Assembly: GCF_022846255.1 (NCBI RefSeq)
Contig: NZ_AP025682.1
Strand: one strand, 5' to 3'
DNA length: 64,000 nucleotides
Origin: Escherichia coli
GTDB lineage: Bacteria; Pseudomonadota; Gammaproteobacteria; Enterobacterales; Enterobacteriaceae
Below the pieces are notes generated by a model. The model was not told where the DNA came from and ran no database searches. It worked only from the letters and a program-made list of their open reading frames with translations. A program made the position numbers and the translations under genes. Below, in pieces: positions 1-10,400 of this stretch (position 1 is its first letter; each line of letters opens with the position of its first letter).

Positions 1-3000
1 ATTGCCAAAGGCCAGCATATACATCATTTACAGAATTTAATGATAATACTAAGCAGTATAATAATGCCTTTTGTCTCGGATTGAATAATACGTATGAGAA
101 ACAATCAAGCATCTGATGTAAGTTTGCCTTGCCAGTAGATTTACAAATAAAATCAAAAGGTAAAGAAAAACACATACCTGAATGTTCAAGTAACAGATTC
201 TGTGAGCTATAGCAGTAAGAACGTACTGCGTTCATGTGACTTATTTCTGGCGGATAAATAGCACTAATTAGTGTACGTTCCCCCGATTGAGCCAACATGG
301 CTCTGATAGCTAAGCGATAATAATCTGTTACCTTCTTCGGTTCATCTTCAGCCAGTTCAGTCCATGTAACGCATGGAGTACGTTTGGCATACTCCTGTGC
401 ATCACATGCCGGAATATAGTTAGTGCGCGGCAGATAGTCATCAGGCAGAGTTAGCAAGTCGAGGTTATCGTATGCTTTATTCGTGTCGCAGATCTCTTTG
501 GGTGTGTTATAGAAAGGATTGCCGACAAAGAAATGTGGACCAGATACAACCCATTGTGAAGGATTTTTTGGAAACTGTGTTTTTCGCAAAATTGTGCCGT
601 CATTTTGTGCATTAACTTCATTCCAATGCTGGGTTGCATAATAGCTGTTTGTAAAATCATTTAATCTCTTAGGTTGACGAGCAAACTTCTCAAGCACCGC
701 TACCAATTGTTTAGAATGTAATGCAGGAAGACGAGCTTGTAGGGCCGGCGTGTCGTCAGAATCATAGAGACGAGCAAATAGTCCTAATTTTATAAAATCA
801 ATAGTCACAATTCGATCTAAATGTCCCTGAAAATTCCATTTAGCTTTGGCCTTTCCATCAATCTCAGCTTCTTCTTTAATGCCTGGAACGTTACCATCAC
901 CTTTATGTTCGAAACATGCATCAATTGTTTGAGGAATAAACAAATTTACTATGTTCGAAAATACTGGCATTTGAGAAAATGGACCATAGATATTGATGCT
1001 GAATCTAGTGTGATTATCCACCTCAGCAAATAGTTTTATTTCATTCGCAAACTGAAAATGAGCCCTCAACCTCGGATAAACTGATGCACGCATCTGCCCA
1101 CCAGTAGGATCATCATAAATCCCTTCCGGGTGCAGGAGTCCTGTCACACCTCTTTCCGCCCCCAAACGCCACGCCTGCGGCAGGAAGCATTTATACAAAT
1201 TCGCTTTTTGACCTGCTAGTACCGGGTAGTTCTGCTGCGCATTGAGGAAGTTTTGCATCCCTTCACAGCCTTCATACTCGCTGCGCCAGGCCGCTTCCAG
1301 CGCCGGGATCTGGTTAAAGGTATCAATACGCAACGTGGCCAGCTTCGATGCACTCAGCTTACGCAGCACAAATTCCGGCTCGTAATCACCCAGCACGCCC
1401 GCTTCCTGCCATTCCACTTTCAGCCACGGCGGGTTTCCGAGCATCAGGTCAAAACCGCCGCGCTCGGCAAACAAGTCGCAGAACTCCAGATCCCAGTGGA
1501 AGAAACGGTACTGCTTTCTCAGGGCATCGACAATCGCCAGACGCGGCAAATGACGGAACAACACCTCGGTTTTCAGACGACCTGCGCCGGAAAACAGTGA
1601 AGACTCTTCTCGCAGCAGACCTTCTTCGGCAAACAGATCGCCGGTGGTGTGCTCCGCAACTTCAGTGACTTTTTCCGTGATTACAATCCCGTCGAGCAGG
1701 GTTTCAATCTCAAACAACCAGGTGCCGCGATCCGGTAGCTCATCGGCTTTGTCGATCGGCCAGAACCACAGCGCGCACCAGTAGTCCATTACCCAACGCA
1801 GCTTCTGGTAGGCACTGTTATCTTCAAGACGACCACTGAAGGTTTCATCTTTACTGCTCAGCGAAGAACGCGTCTGCTCGCTGTTTTCTGCCGGCCACAC
1901 CGGGTAGCTGTCGGCGGTTTTCAGACGTTCTGCTTTAAGTTGCTGGCGATAGGTGTTCCACAGAGCTTCCACCTTTTCGCTGATACGCTGCACATCAGCA
2001 ATCTCATGCCCGGCAAAGCTTTTAATAAACTCTTTGCGCCAGCTGTCCAGGGCTTTGAAGTCATCCGGATAACGCTGCTTAACAGTTTTATCGCTGTAGT
2101 TAGCCATACCGCCGTCGGGCAGCAGGAAGTGAAAAATCTGCGTCTCTTCACGCGGCGTGTTCATCGCCAGTTCAACCGGCTCGCTGTTAAGCCAGCTCGG
2201 ATCTTTGGCTTTTTTGTAGGTCAGTTCACTCTTGTTAAATACCTGACGGCGCGCGCCCACCAGCGAGTTACCGCAGTGCAGCTGGTAACCAAACCACGGT
2301 ACAAACGCATCGCCACTAATGGCGTTCAGCCACAGTGACACTTCCGCCAGTTCCACCGCCACCGGGTTTAAGTCCACGCCGAAAACGTTGTTGTCGGCAA
2401 TGTACATTTTCACCCGCTGTAACTCCTGGGTGTAACGATCCTGCGGAATACGGCGACCTTCCGCCTGCTGCTTATGGAACAGATACGCTTCCGCCAGCTG
2501 GTTGATGGCTTCGTTAAGGAACGCCGCGCTGCCCATCGCCGGTTCGCACACGGTGAGGTTTAAGATGGCATCAGCTTTGGCGTGCGGATCGGTAATCGGA
2601 TCAATTTGCTCTTTAAACAGCTCTTTCAGGGCATATTTAACCAAGGAGCGGGTCAGCACTTCCGGGGTGTAATAAGAGGCAGATTTCTCACGGTCGCGCC
2701 CGGCCATACGGTAGATAAAACTGCCTTTGCGGTGAATGCGCAGACTGCCGTCTTTCTCGTAGACCTTCTCGTCTTCGTGGTATTTGCCAATCTCATCCTT
2801 ACTGACGAAGTAACCCGTCTCCAGCTCGTTAAACTCTTCCCCGGCTTTCTTCACCTCGTAGAGATCTTCACTGGCGAAGAATCCGCGATAGGAAAGCAGC
2901 GCCTCATACACCGCACCTAACTGGTTGATACCCAACTGGCGATAAGAAATACGTCCGCGGCGGTTAAAGCGCCCTTTGCCCGGGCGGCTTAACGACATCG

Positions 3001-4345
3001 CCTGGATAATCTGTTGCAGGGTTTCGTTACGGAATACCACGCGGTTAAGAATGCGGGTGTTGTTGGCATCGAAAAGATGACTTTCCAGACGCGGGACGCT
3101 GAACTGATGACTATGGATGGTGATCCGGTCGCCGCTCTCCAGGTCACTCTGTATTTTCACGCCGCCGTTGTAGCCTTCGCGCACCAGTTTAAACAGCATA
3201 TTCAGACTGTCGTGGAAGTAGCGCCCGTTGCGATCTTCTTCGCTGGTCAGCGGGATCATCTCCAGATCGCGCAACGTTTCCAGGCTGTAACCTTGCAGAT
3301 AGGTTTTGGCGGTCATTGGCGCATAACCCAGCTCCGGGCGCGCTTCAATGTAGAACAGGAACAGCAGGCGGTACATGTAACGCAGACATTCGCGGCTCAG
3401 TTCATCCGGGTCCACCGCACGGTTACCGGTATAGTTTGCCAGGCCACGGTCGATCAGATAATGCATCGCTTCGTTGCCCAACAACTCTATGCTTTCGCGC
3501 AGGGCATATTTCAGATCTTCCGAAACACCAAACGCATGTTTGTGCGAATTGTCATCCAGCGAGTCAAGATATGGTGCCCCACTGCCCGGCAGCAGCGAAT
3601 CTTTATGTAGCAACACTGCCGTCGCTTTCAGCGTATCCGTTTCACGACGACTTAAAATCTCTTCAAAATCAAAACGTAGCAGACGGTTTTGCGCCCACTT
3701 AGTACGGTCCAACAACAATAGCTGACGGTTACCGAGCAGCAGCACAAAACGCGGCGGTTCATTTTGGGTGAAGACCGCCGTAGAGAGCAGATCCTGCCAG
3801 CTGCGATATTCACCGTTGGCTTTTTTGCGCAGGCTGTCGCGCTTATGTTTGTCGGTATCCGCCGGGAATTGCGCGGTCAGTAAGGAGAGCGCCAGCGGAT
3901 CCAGCGTTCCTTCTTCCTGATCGTGTGCTTCAACAATCCACAGCCACGGGCTACCGTCAGTGCTGTTGTAACGCGCCAGTACCGGCAGTGGTGTATCGTC
4001 ATCCAGCATTTGGATCTGCGGCGTAATTTCGTAGCCCAGCGCCTTTAACAATGGCTGCCAGCGATTACGTTGATCGGCCAGACGCTGCGGGATCTGACGC
4101 TGTTTTTCGTGCTCGGCAAGTTTGCGGAAAAACTCAGTCGCCAGACTGTTAAACTGGTTCCACGGAGCGCGGTATCCCGGCTCTACGTCTTTGCCCTGTT
4201 CACGAGCGGCACGCTCCGCTTCACGCGCGGCATTTTCCTGGGCTATCCAGGGTTCCAGCACATCGCGGATATCACTGGTGAAAACCTCACCCAAATAATG
4301 GTTAGAGTAAAATTCATTTTCGTTATTAATACCGACCAGCGCCAT
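1..4345 (-). CDS. Large N6-adenine DNA methyltransferase, PglX/DrmMI-like (partial: 3-prime end lies beyond window start)
   Basis: Minus-strand frame opens with ATG at 4345-4343 and has no stop before position 1, so it is absent from the ORF track (which lists only closed ORFs). In-frame motif I-like EPAMGSAAF (approx 2519-2545) and motif IV NPPW (1424-1435). Start lies 2 nt after the stop of the SNF2 gene. Plus-strand ORFs across this span are short and overlapping. Confidence 0.7.
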   Translation of the reverse strand, partial: MALVGINNENEFYSNHYLGEVFTSDIRDVLEPWIAQENAAREAERAAREQGKDVEPGYRAPWNQFNSLATEFFRKLAEHEKQRQIPQRLADQRNRWQPLLKALGYEITPQIQMLDDDTPLPVLARYNSTDGSPWLWIVEAHDQEEGTLDPLALSLLTAQFPADTDKHKRDSLRKKANGEYRSWQDLLSTAVFTQNEPPRFVLLLGNRQLLLLDRTKWAQNRLLRFDFEEILSRRETDTLKATAVLLHKDSLLPGSGAPYLDSLDDNSHKHAFGVSEDLKYALRESIELLGNEAMHYLIDRGLANYTGNRAVDPDELSRECLRYMYRLLFLFYIEARPELGYAPMTAKTYLQGYSLETLRDLEMIPLTSEEDRNGRYFHDSLNMLFKLVREGYNGGVKIQSDLESGDRITIHSHQFSVPRLESHLFDANNTRILNRVVFRNETLQQIIQAMSLSRPGKGRFNRRGRISYRQLGINQLGAVYEALLSYRGFFASEDLYEVKKAGEEFNELETGYFVSKDEIGKYHEDEKVYEKDGSLRIHRKGSFIYRMAGRDREKSASYYTPEVLTRSLVKYALKELFKEQIDPITDPHAKADAILNLTVCEPAMGSAAFLNEAINQLAEAYLFHKQQAEGRRIPQDRYTQELQRVKMYIADNNVFGVDLNPVAVELAEVSLWLNAISGDAFVPWFGYQLHCGNSLVGARRQVFNKSELTYKKAKDPSWLNSEPVELAMNTPREETQIFHFLLPDGGMANYSDKTVKQRYPDDFKALDSWRKEFIKSFAGHEIADVQRISEKVEALWNTYRQQLKAERLKTADSYPVWPAENSEQTRSSLSSKDETFSGRLEDNSAYQKLRWVMDYWCALWFWPIDKADELPDRGTWLFEIETLLDGIVITEKVTEVAEHTTGDLFAEEGLLREESSLFSGAGRLKTEVLFRHLPRLAIVDALRKQYRFFHWDLEFCDLFAERGGFDLMLGNPPWLKVEWQEAGVLGDYEPEFVLRKLSASKLATLRIDTFNQIPALEAAWRSEYEGCEGMQNFLNAQQNYPVLAGQKANLYKCFLPQAWRLGAERGVTGLLHPEGIYDDPTGGQMRASVYPRLRAHFQFANEIKLFAEVDNHTRFSINIYGPFSQMPVFSNIVNLFIPQTIDACFEHKGDGNVPGIKEEAEIDGKAKAKWNFQGHLDRIVTIDFIKLGLFARLYDSDDTPALQARLPALHSKQLVAVLEKFARQPKRLNDFTNSYYATQHWNEVNAQNDGTILRKTQFPKNPSQWVVSGPHFFVGNPFYNTPKEICDTNKAYDNLDLLTLPDDYLPRTNYIPACDAQEYAKRTPCVTWTELAEDEPKKVTDYYRLAIRAMLAQSGERTLISAIYPPEISHMNAVRSYCYSSQNLLLEHSGMCFSLPFDFICKSTGKANLHQMLDCFSYVLFNPRQKALLYCLVLSLNSVNDVYAGLWQ

Positions 4346-4347
4346 GA

Positions 4348-7206
4348 TTAACCCTCCGCTCCGGTGATAACAGCAATTACCTGAATGTAGGGTTCTTTTT
4401 CAGTCGTCATGGTGTCCTCAATCCATTCAATATAGCTGTCAAAATTGTGTTCTATTTCGCGTTGTCTCTGCTCTTTACGGCTCTGCTTAACTGACAATTG
4501 CTGTTTGTTATCGGCAAAATCCAGCTCAAGTTGGCTCAACTGCCGCCCACGCAAAACGTCCAGCTTTTGCAGATGCTCATTCAGTTGCTGGTTAATGTGC
4601 GTTTCAAACGCATTCCGATCATGGATGAATACCTCCCGGGCATGAGCAATAGCCGCTTCCAGTAAATCCTGCTGGCGCTGGTGATTACGATCTTTACCGC
4701 CGCTGTTAGTCAGCTTGTTACTCAACTGCGGATGACGTTGTAAAAACTCAGCAAATGGCTGACTGCCGATTAGCGATTCACGGTTAAAGCTCACCACTAT
4801 CCACGGGTTAACCATCGGATGTGATTTACGGTTCGGGAATAACCCGGAAAGAATGAAGTGATCTTCATCGGGTTCAAGCAAGTATGGCAGACGGATAACC
4901 GGTGCCTGATGACGACCAAAAGCCGAAGAGATTTTATCGTCCAGCCACTGCACTACCGGGTTGATTTGCCAGAGATACTGCACATCGGGCCAGGCATGTT
5001 GCTCACCGCGAGCGCGTGCAATCGCGTCGGTGATGACGGTTTTATCCTGACTTAAATAGAGCTGCCAGTTCTCCGGCGCGATTTCAGGCGGTAGCTGGTT
5101 GAAGCGGCGGCGTAACTCCTCCGGTGCCACCAGCGACAAGGTATTATCAGGCAAGGTTTCATACTGGATAGTTTGACCACTGGCTTTCAGGTAACCCAAT
5201 GCTCTTTCACAGTACGCCTGTTCGCTGGCAAACAAGCTGGTGTCTGTTTCGGTAACCATTGAGGCATCGCTGGAAACCGCACTGCATATTTCGCCAAACA
5301 GATCATGTTCGGCGCTTTCCGAGACGTTGCTGTTCAGCAGTTGATCAAACAGGCTGGCACCATCATCCTGCATCATGAACTCTGCAACCTGCTCTTCTTC
5401 CTCTTCCTGGGTAAATTTGCCGGTAAACTCCGAACTGTCCCCAATGTTCTTCTGCGCCTGTTCGTCTTTGTTGATCAACACTTCCAGTACGCGCATATCG
5501 CCATTGATCTGTGGTTCGCTGGCCTCGGTAAGCAGATAGCGGATTTGAGGCTGATGTTTTTGCCCATAGCGGTCAATACGCCCGTTACGTTGCTGGAATA
5601 CCATCAACGACCACGGAATATCAAAGTGAATCATTTTGTGGCTAAGGTGATGCAAGTTGATCCCTTCAGATGCCACATCCGAACAAACCAGAAGACGCAA
5701 CGGAGACTGCGTTTTACCAAAGGCTTCTACGGTTTCCATCAACACCGTATCGCCCTGATCGCCGCGCAGCGTGGCGATCTGGTCATCTTTCAATTTCAGA
5801 TCCGCTCGCAGTTGCTGTTCGAGGAACTCCAGCGTTTTAATGCTTTCGGTGAAGATCACCAGGCGATCTTCCGTGTTATTGGCTTTCCAGGCGAGGTCTT
5901 TTCGGATGGTGTCGAGCAGCAACTGGTATTTGCTAAACTGGCTGGCATCAATGTTATTCAGCGCCAACAGCAATGACTCCAGTTCGTTGATCTGGCTCTG
6001 GCTATTATGATCTTTACGGCTCTCAAGACGCTTCAGACGATTCGCCACTACGCTGGCACACGCCATCGGGCTGGAAAATAGCGCTTTTTCGAGGGTTATC
6101 TTGAACAGACGACCTTTGTTAGACTGGGCCTGTTCATCGTCATCATCACGGAACTGACTCTCAACCAGGCGACGGTATGCTTCTTCTTCGGCACCGGATG
6201 CCAGGCGAGTCAGTTTGACAATATTGCGCTCGGGGAACTCGCCAGACATCTGATCTTTCACGTCTTTTTTGAAGCGACGGACAACCAGATTTTTATCGGC
6301 AAAGTCGGCGTATTCATACTCTTTCGGGTTGGCGATCGCCGTCGGGTCAAGCATGTTCATCAGGCTGGCAAAACTTTCAGCTTTACCATCATGCGGCGTT
6401 GCTGAAAGCATAATCAGCGTATCGCTGCGCCCGGCGAGCAGCTTTGCCAGTTTACTGCGTAACGAACTGGTTCCACGTTCTGCGACGTTATGGGCCTCAT
6501 CAATGACAATAATATCCCACCAGGCATTTTCCAGATGGTGACGATATTCAATGTCTTGTTTCAGCGTATCGATGGAGATAATGGTCTTGTCAAAATAGTG
6601 AAACGGGTTGTGGTTGGTAGGGATGCGGTTACGCACCTTTTGTAAACCAGCAGAATCCAGGCGGGTCAATGGGATCGCAAAACGGCTCCAGAACTCCTTC
6701 TGGAATTGTGTCAGCATCGATTTAACCGCCAGAACCAGAATACGTTTTCCGCGCCCACGACGGATCAGTTCCGAAACCAGAATACCGGCTTCCAGCGTTT
6801 TACCCAGACCGACAGCGTCGGCAATGAGTATCCGCTGGCGCGGCTGTGCCAGCGCCATCCGCGTAGGGTCGAGCTGAAACGGCATGGAATCCATCGCCGC
6901 CAGATGACCAAAATGGACTTTACTGTCTGTCGGTACGCGTTGGCGTAACTGACTTTCGATATACAACTGCGCCGCCTGATAATTGGCGGATTCATCTTCC
7001 ACCAAATGCGTTTTTGCGGGATCCAGGATCTCTACTTTTTGTTCCAGTTTGGTCAGAAATAACCCTTCTTTACCGCGCACAAGCTCTGAAATACCATCGC
7101 AGGTCAGCAAATACCCACCATCACCACTGTCATCCGCCCGGCGAATACGCCATTCGGCATCACGAATAACCACCCGCATACCAGGTGCATAATTTTGCTT
7201 ATTCAT
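4348..7206 (-). CDS. SNF2/Rad54-family helicase-like ATPase (BrxHII/DrmD-like)
   Basis: 952-aa ORF; Walker A (ADAVGLGKT), DEAH box (VIDEAH), C-terminal helicase lobe motifs; tightly coupled to downstream methyltransferase. Confidence 0.8.
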   Translation of the reverse strand: MNKQNYAPGMRVVIRDAEWRIRRADDSGDGGYLLTCDGISELVRGKEGLFLTKLEQKVEILDPAKTHLVEDESANYQAAQLYIESQLRQRVPTDSKVHFGHLAAMDSMPFQLDPTRMALAQPRQRILIADAVGLGKTLEAGILVSELIRRGRGKRILVLAVKSMLTQFQKEFWSRFAIPLTRLDSAGLQKVRNRIPTNHNPFHYFDKTIISIDTLKQDIEYRHHLENAWWDIIVIDEAHNVAERGTSSLRSKLAKLLAGRSDTLIMLSATPHDGKAESFASLMNMLDPTAIANPKEYEYADFADKNLVVRRFKKDVKDQMSGEFPERNIVKLTRLASGAEEEAYRRLVESQFRDDDDEQAQSNKGRLFKITLEKALFSSPMACASVVANRLKRLESRKDHNSQSQINELESLLLALNNIDASQFSKYQLLLDTIRKDLAWKANNTEDRLVIFTESIKTLEFLEQQLRADLKLKDDQIATLRGDQGDTVLMETVEAFGKTQSPLRLLVCSDVASEGINLHHLSHKMIHFDIPWSLMVFQQRNGRIDRYGQKHQPQIRYLLTEASEPQINGDMRVLEVLINKDEQAQKNIGDSSEFTGKFTQEEEEEQVAEFMMQDDGASLFDQLLNSNVSESAEHDLFGEICSAVSSDASMVTETDTSLFASEQAYCERALGYLKASGQTIQYETLPDNTLSLVAPEELRRRFNQLPPEIAPENWQLYLSQDKTVITDAIARARGEQHAWPDVQYLWQINPVVQWLDDKISSAFGRHQAPVIRLPYLLEPDEDHFILSGLFPNRKSHPMVNPWIVVSFNRESLIGSQPFAEFLQRHPQLSNKLTNSGGKDRNHQRQQDLLEAAIAHAREVFIHDRNAFETHINQQLNEHLQKLDVLRGRQLSQLELDFADNKQQLSVKQSRKEQRQREIEHNFDSYIEWIEDTMTTEKEPYIQVIAVITGAEG

Positions 7207-7429
7207 CGGTTTTTCTGTCTATTTGGGGCAGTGGCGGTAACGTCATCCTGAAAAATGTGGCGCGGCACACTGCGATAAAAAAGAGGGCCTTAAAGATATC
7301 ATGAAGGCCCCCGGCAAAGTGACAAAATGGGAGGGAATGCGCATAATTTGCGCATGATTTTCAAACAAAAATTATTAAAAAGTGAGCTGGGTCAACTCCC
7401 CTGGAAGATATCCCCAGGGGAGCAATTAT

Positions 7430-10400
7430 TTATCCAGCGATAATATAACTCCTAAGGTCATTACCCGGGGCAACAGCTCGCGCTCGCGTGTTTGCCAGCA
7501 GTTCAACTTGCTGCGGTACTCGCAGGGAAAAATCAAAGAAGGTATCTTCAATACAGCGCCAGTAGCTAAGCCCCATGTCGAGCAGGACATAATGCTGACT
7601 GCCATCGCTGAAGGTGACTGTCAGTTCTCGTCCATGCTCCGTACTCTGGTTATCCCCCGTTAACCAGCTAATTGCTCCCGGCCACGCTGGCCCCAGATAT
7701 CCTTCTTCAAGTAAAGTGGTCACAACCTGCTGACGATCTTCCTCATTAAGCCACGCGTTATAGAGAGCGTCGTGTTGGCGAGAGTTGTAATCCAATTTTT
7801 TGACGCAAACAGTGAGGCTGGCGCGTTCCGCCATTCCCTGTCCAACCAGCTCGGTTAAGATTTCACCTAACAAACGCGCCGTGAATGGGCTATTAAGATA
7901 ACGATCGCTGTACTCAACATGCGTTATCTCTTTGTGGCGGGTAAATGCCTGCTTCCAGCCAGCGTGCTGTTGCGTGACTAACGACCAGAAACGCGAACCA
8001 AAACCTTCCAGCGGCCCGTCCAGTTGCTCGCAGAGGTTGATGCGCACCGCCCCGGTGGGTAAGGCGGGCAGTAAATCTTCTGCACTTAAGGTCTGACCCG
8101 AGAAGGTTTTTCCGGACGTTCCTTTAAGTGTCACTACTGGTGAGGACGCACTTTGTCCCCATAATTCACCAGGTGCAACGGTAGCGCTGTCGTCTGCGGC
8201 CCACTGTTGGCTTTGCCCTTCGCGAGTCACCTGCGCAAGCCAGCGTCCCTTTCCTTGCATGAGTTGCGCAGTGGCAATGGATTTCACTTGTAAGCGTCCT
8301 CCCGGCATCGCCGCCAACGCGGAAAGCTGATGTCTGGAGCTATCTGTTAAGTTTGCCAACGGCGTGGCCACCAGCAACTCAACATGCCCACCGGAGGAGG
8401 CAAACTGGAGCAACTCTTTAAATAATGGCCATTGGGCAAAATCCCACTGTTCCTGCGGCCCCGCAAGAACCAGCGAGCAGGAGTCATAAATCTCGCTGTT
8501 CAGGCATTGCGCAATACGTAAACTCAGCGGGTTAGTTTCAACCCGGCTACCATCGCCGAAGTACTGATATTCTGGCGCGAGGTTAAGTCGCTGCAACCGT
8601 ACATTGGTAAGCAGGGTTAATGCATGGTGACGATCTAATCTGTTGACATAATGCTGACTGTCGTAGCTGAGCAAGCAGTGGTGACAGAATTTATCGCAAC
8701 TGCAATCGAGCAATTTTCTGGCGTAATTAAAGACATCAGCCCAATGGTCGATCAATTGCACTGCATAACCTGCACCACCCGCATTATTGTCGTAAATGAA
8801 GATGGAATATCCGGTATAGCCATTGATATCGCGCGCTTGCTGCGTCGTCACGCCCAGCTCAGTATTTTCGATACCCAATTTATGCGCTAACCCTTCACGC
8901 AAAGCGACCGCAAGGGATCGCGCGGCAACCTCATCACGGATCAACAGGCCATTATCATCATTGAGTTGCAGCTCAACCATATCTGTACGACTGCTATACC
9001 CCAACCAAAGATCTTTATGCACATGACCGTGGCACAATTTATTGCTCCCCTGACGATCGTTACTGCCCCCTCGCAACAGGTAATGCGTATTTTCCCTCTC
9101 TGGGTTCTTAAGATTTTCAGGGGTACGCTGGGGTTGATTTTGAGATTCTGCCCGACCACATGAGAGGCAAATTGCGTAGCCGTGCCCAAATTCCCCTTCA
9201 CTGAAGTGGAACAATTCCCCACTATGGCTAAAACGGTAACGTCCTAACCCAGCATCGGGTAAAGAAACCCACACCGAAGACGGTACAAGAACACGTGGAT
9301 CTTTCCAGGGAAGTTGTGCAGGCATGGATACATCATTATGCGCCTGATAACGGATATCTGTCGCAAAACCAACAGGCTGTAAATAACGCTTCACATCAAG
9401 TTGCTGTATATCCGCTTTGCAGTGACTACATTCGACAGGACGGGTAGTACTGGTTGCCCCCGCACCACATTTACGACAATGCCAGAACCACGGAATATGA
9501 TGATCGCCTGACAGCTCCTGCCCGCTGGCAAGTACCTTGCCAAGCATAATGCCCGAGGAACGATATACTTTTCCGCCCAATACCACATCTGCACCTGGAG
9601 CATACTCGCGTAATGCTGTAGGCAAATCACGGCTGGGCAATTTTTCAATACGACGAGAAAAGCTTTCTCCCCCTTCATTAGGGTCAGCCTGAGTAGCTTT
9701 TATTGCGCGACGTTTTTCCAGCTCATCTGCCGTCAGATAATTGAAATTGACGACGCCAACCGGGAAACCATGCCCCGGCAGGAACGCTTCACTAATGAGT
9801 TTAGAAAACAGATATGCACCGCGATAATCACGAAGCTGATAAGCGATGGCTTTACCTGCTGGCGTTTCTTCCCACGCGCTGTTATCCGCCTTCAACGCTT
9901 CGATATTTTCCAACAGTATCGCAAGTTGGCTTCTCCAGCGGATATCAACCTGCTGCATCATTGCTTGTGTGCGGGTCAAGAGCTGGGTTGCCGTCAATGA
10001 CATCAGGACGGTTCCCTGAGTAAGGCGTTTAAGTTTATCCGCCAGCTGATCGGCCTGGTTATTTAACCAATGGAGAAAACGAAGACACTGGCTCTCATCA
10101 CCTTCAAAGAACCATTTGCAACTCAGTTTTGTCGCATCAGGAACTTCAGCTCGTAAAAACAGACCTAAAACCAGGGCATTAACATGTCGTTGAACAATAC
10201 TGCTGCTCCCAAAACGAACCCGTGGCGCACTGGCAGTAGTGTTGAACGCCCAGAGGGGGGCTTTGAATACCTCCATTCCATGCGCCGTGTTTTTACATAA
10301 CGTAATGGCAGCAGATGCACTCTCTCCACGTCGACCCGCGCGGCCTGCACGCTGCAAATAATTTGCCGGAGCTGGAGGAACGTTGTTCATTGCCACCAAA

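Noticed and set aside
1253-4351. Multiple plus-strand ORFs of 83-198 aa (1253-1600, 1940-2338, 2582-2920, 3014-3610, 3316-3702, 4070-4351 and others)
   Set aside because: They overlap one another and lie antisense to a continuous minus-strand frame carrying methyltransferase motifs; their translations are low-complexity with no motifs.
5305-5976. 223-aa plus-strand ORF inside the SNF2 gene
   Set aside because: Antisense to a helicase gene with clear Walker/DEAH motifs; composition looks like a shadow ORF.
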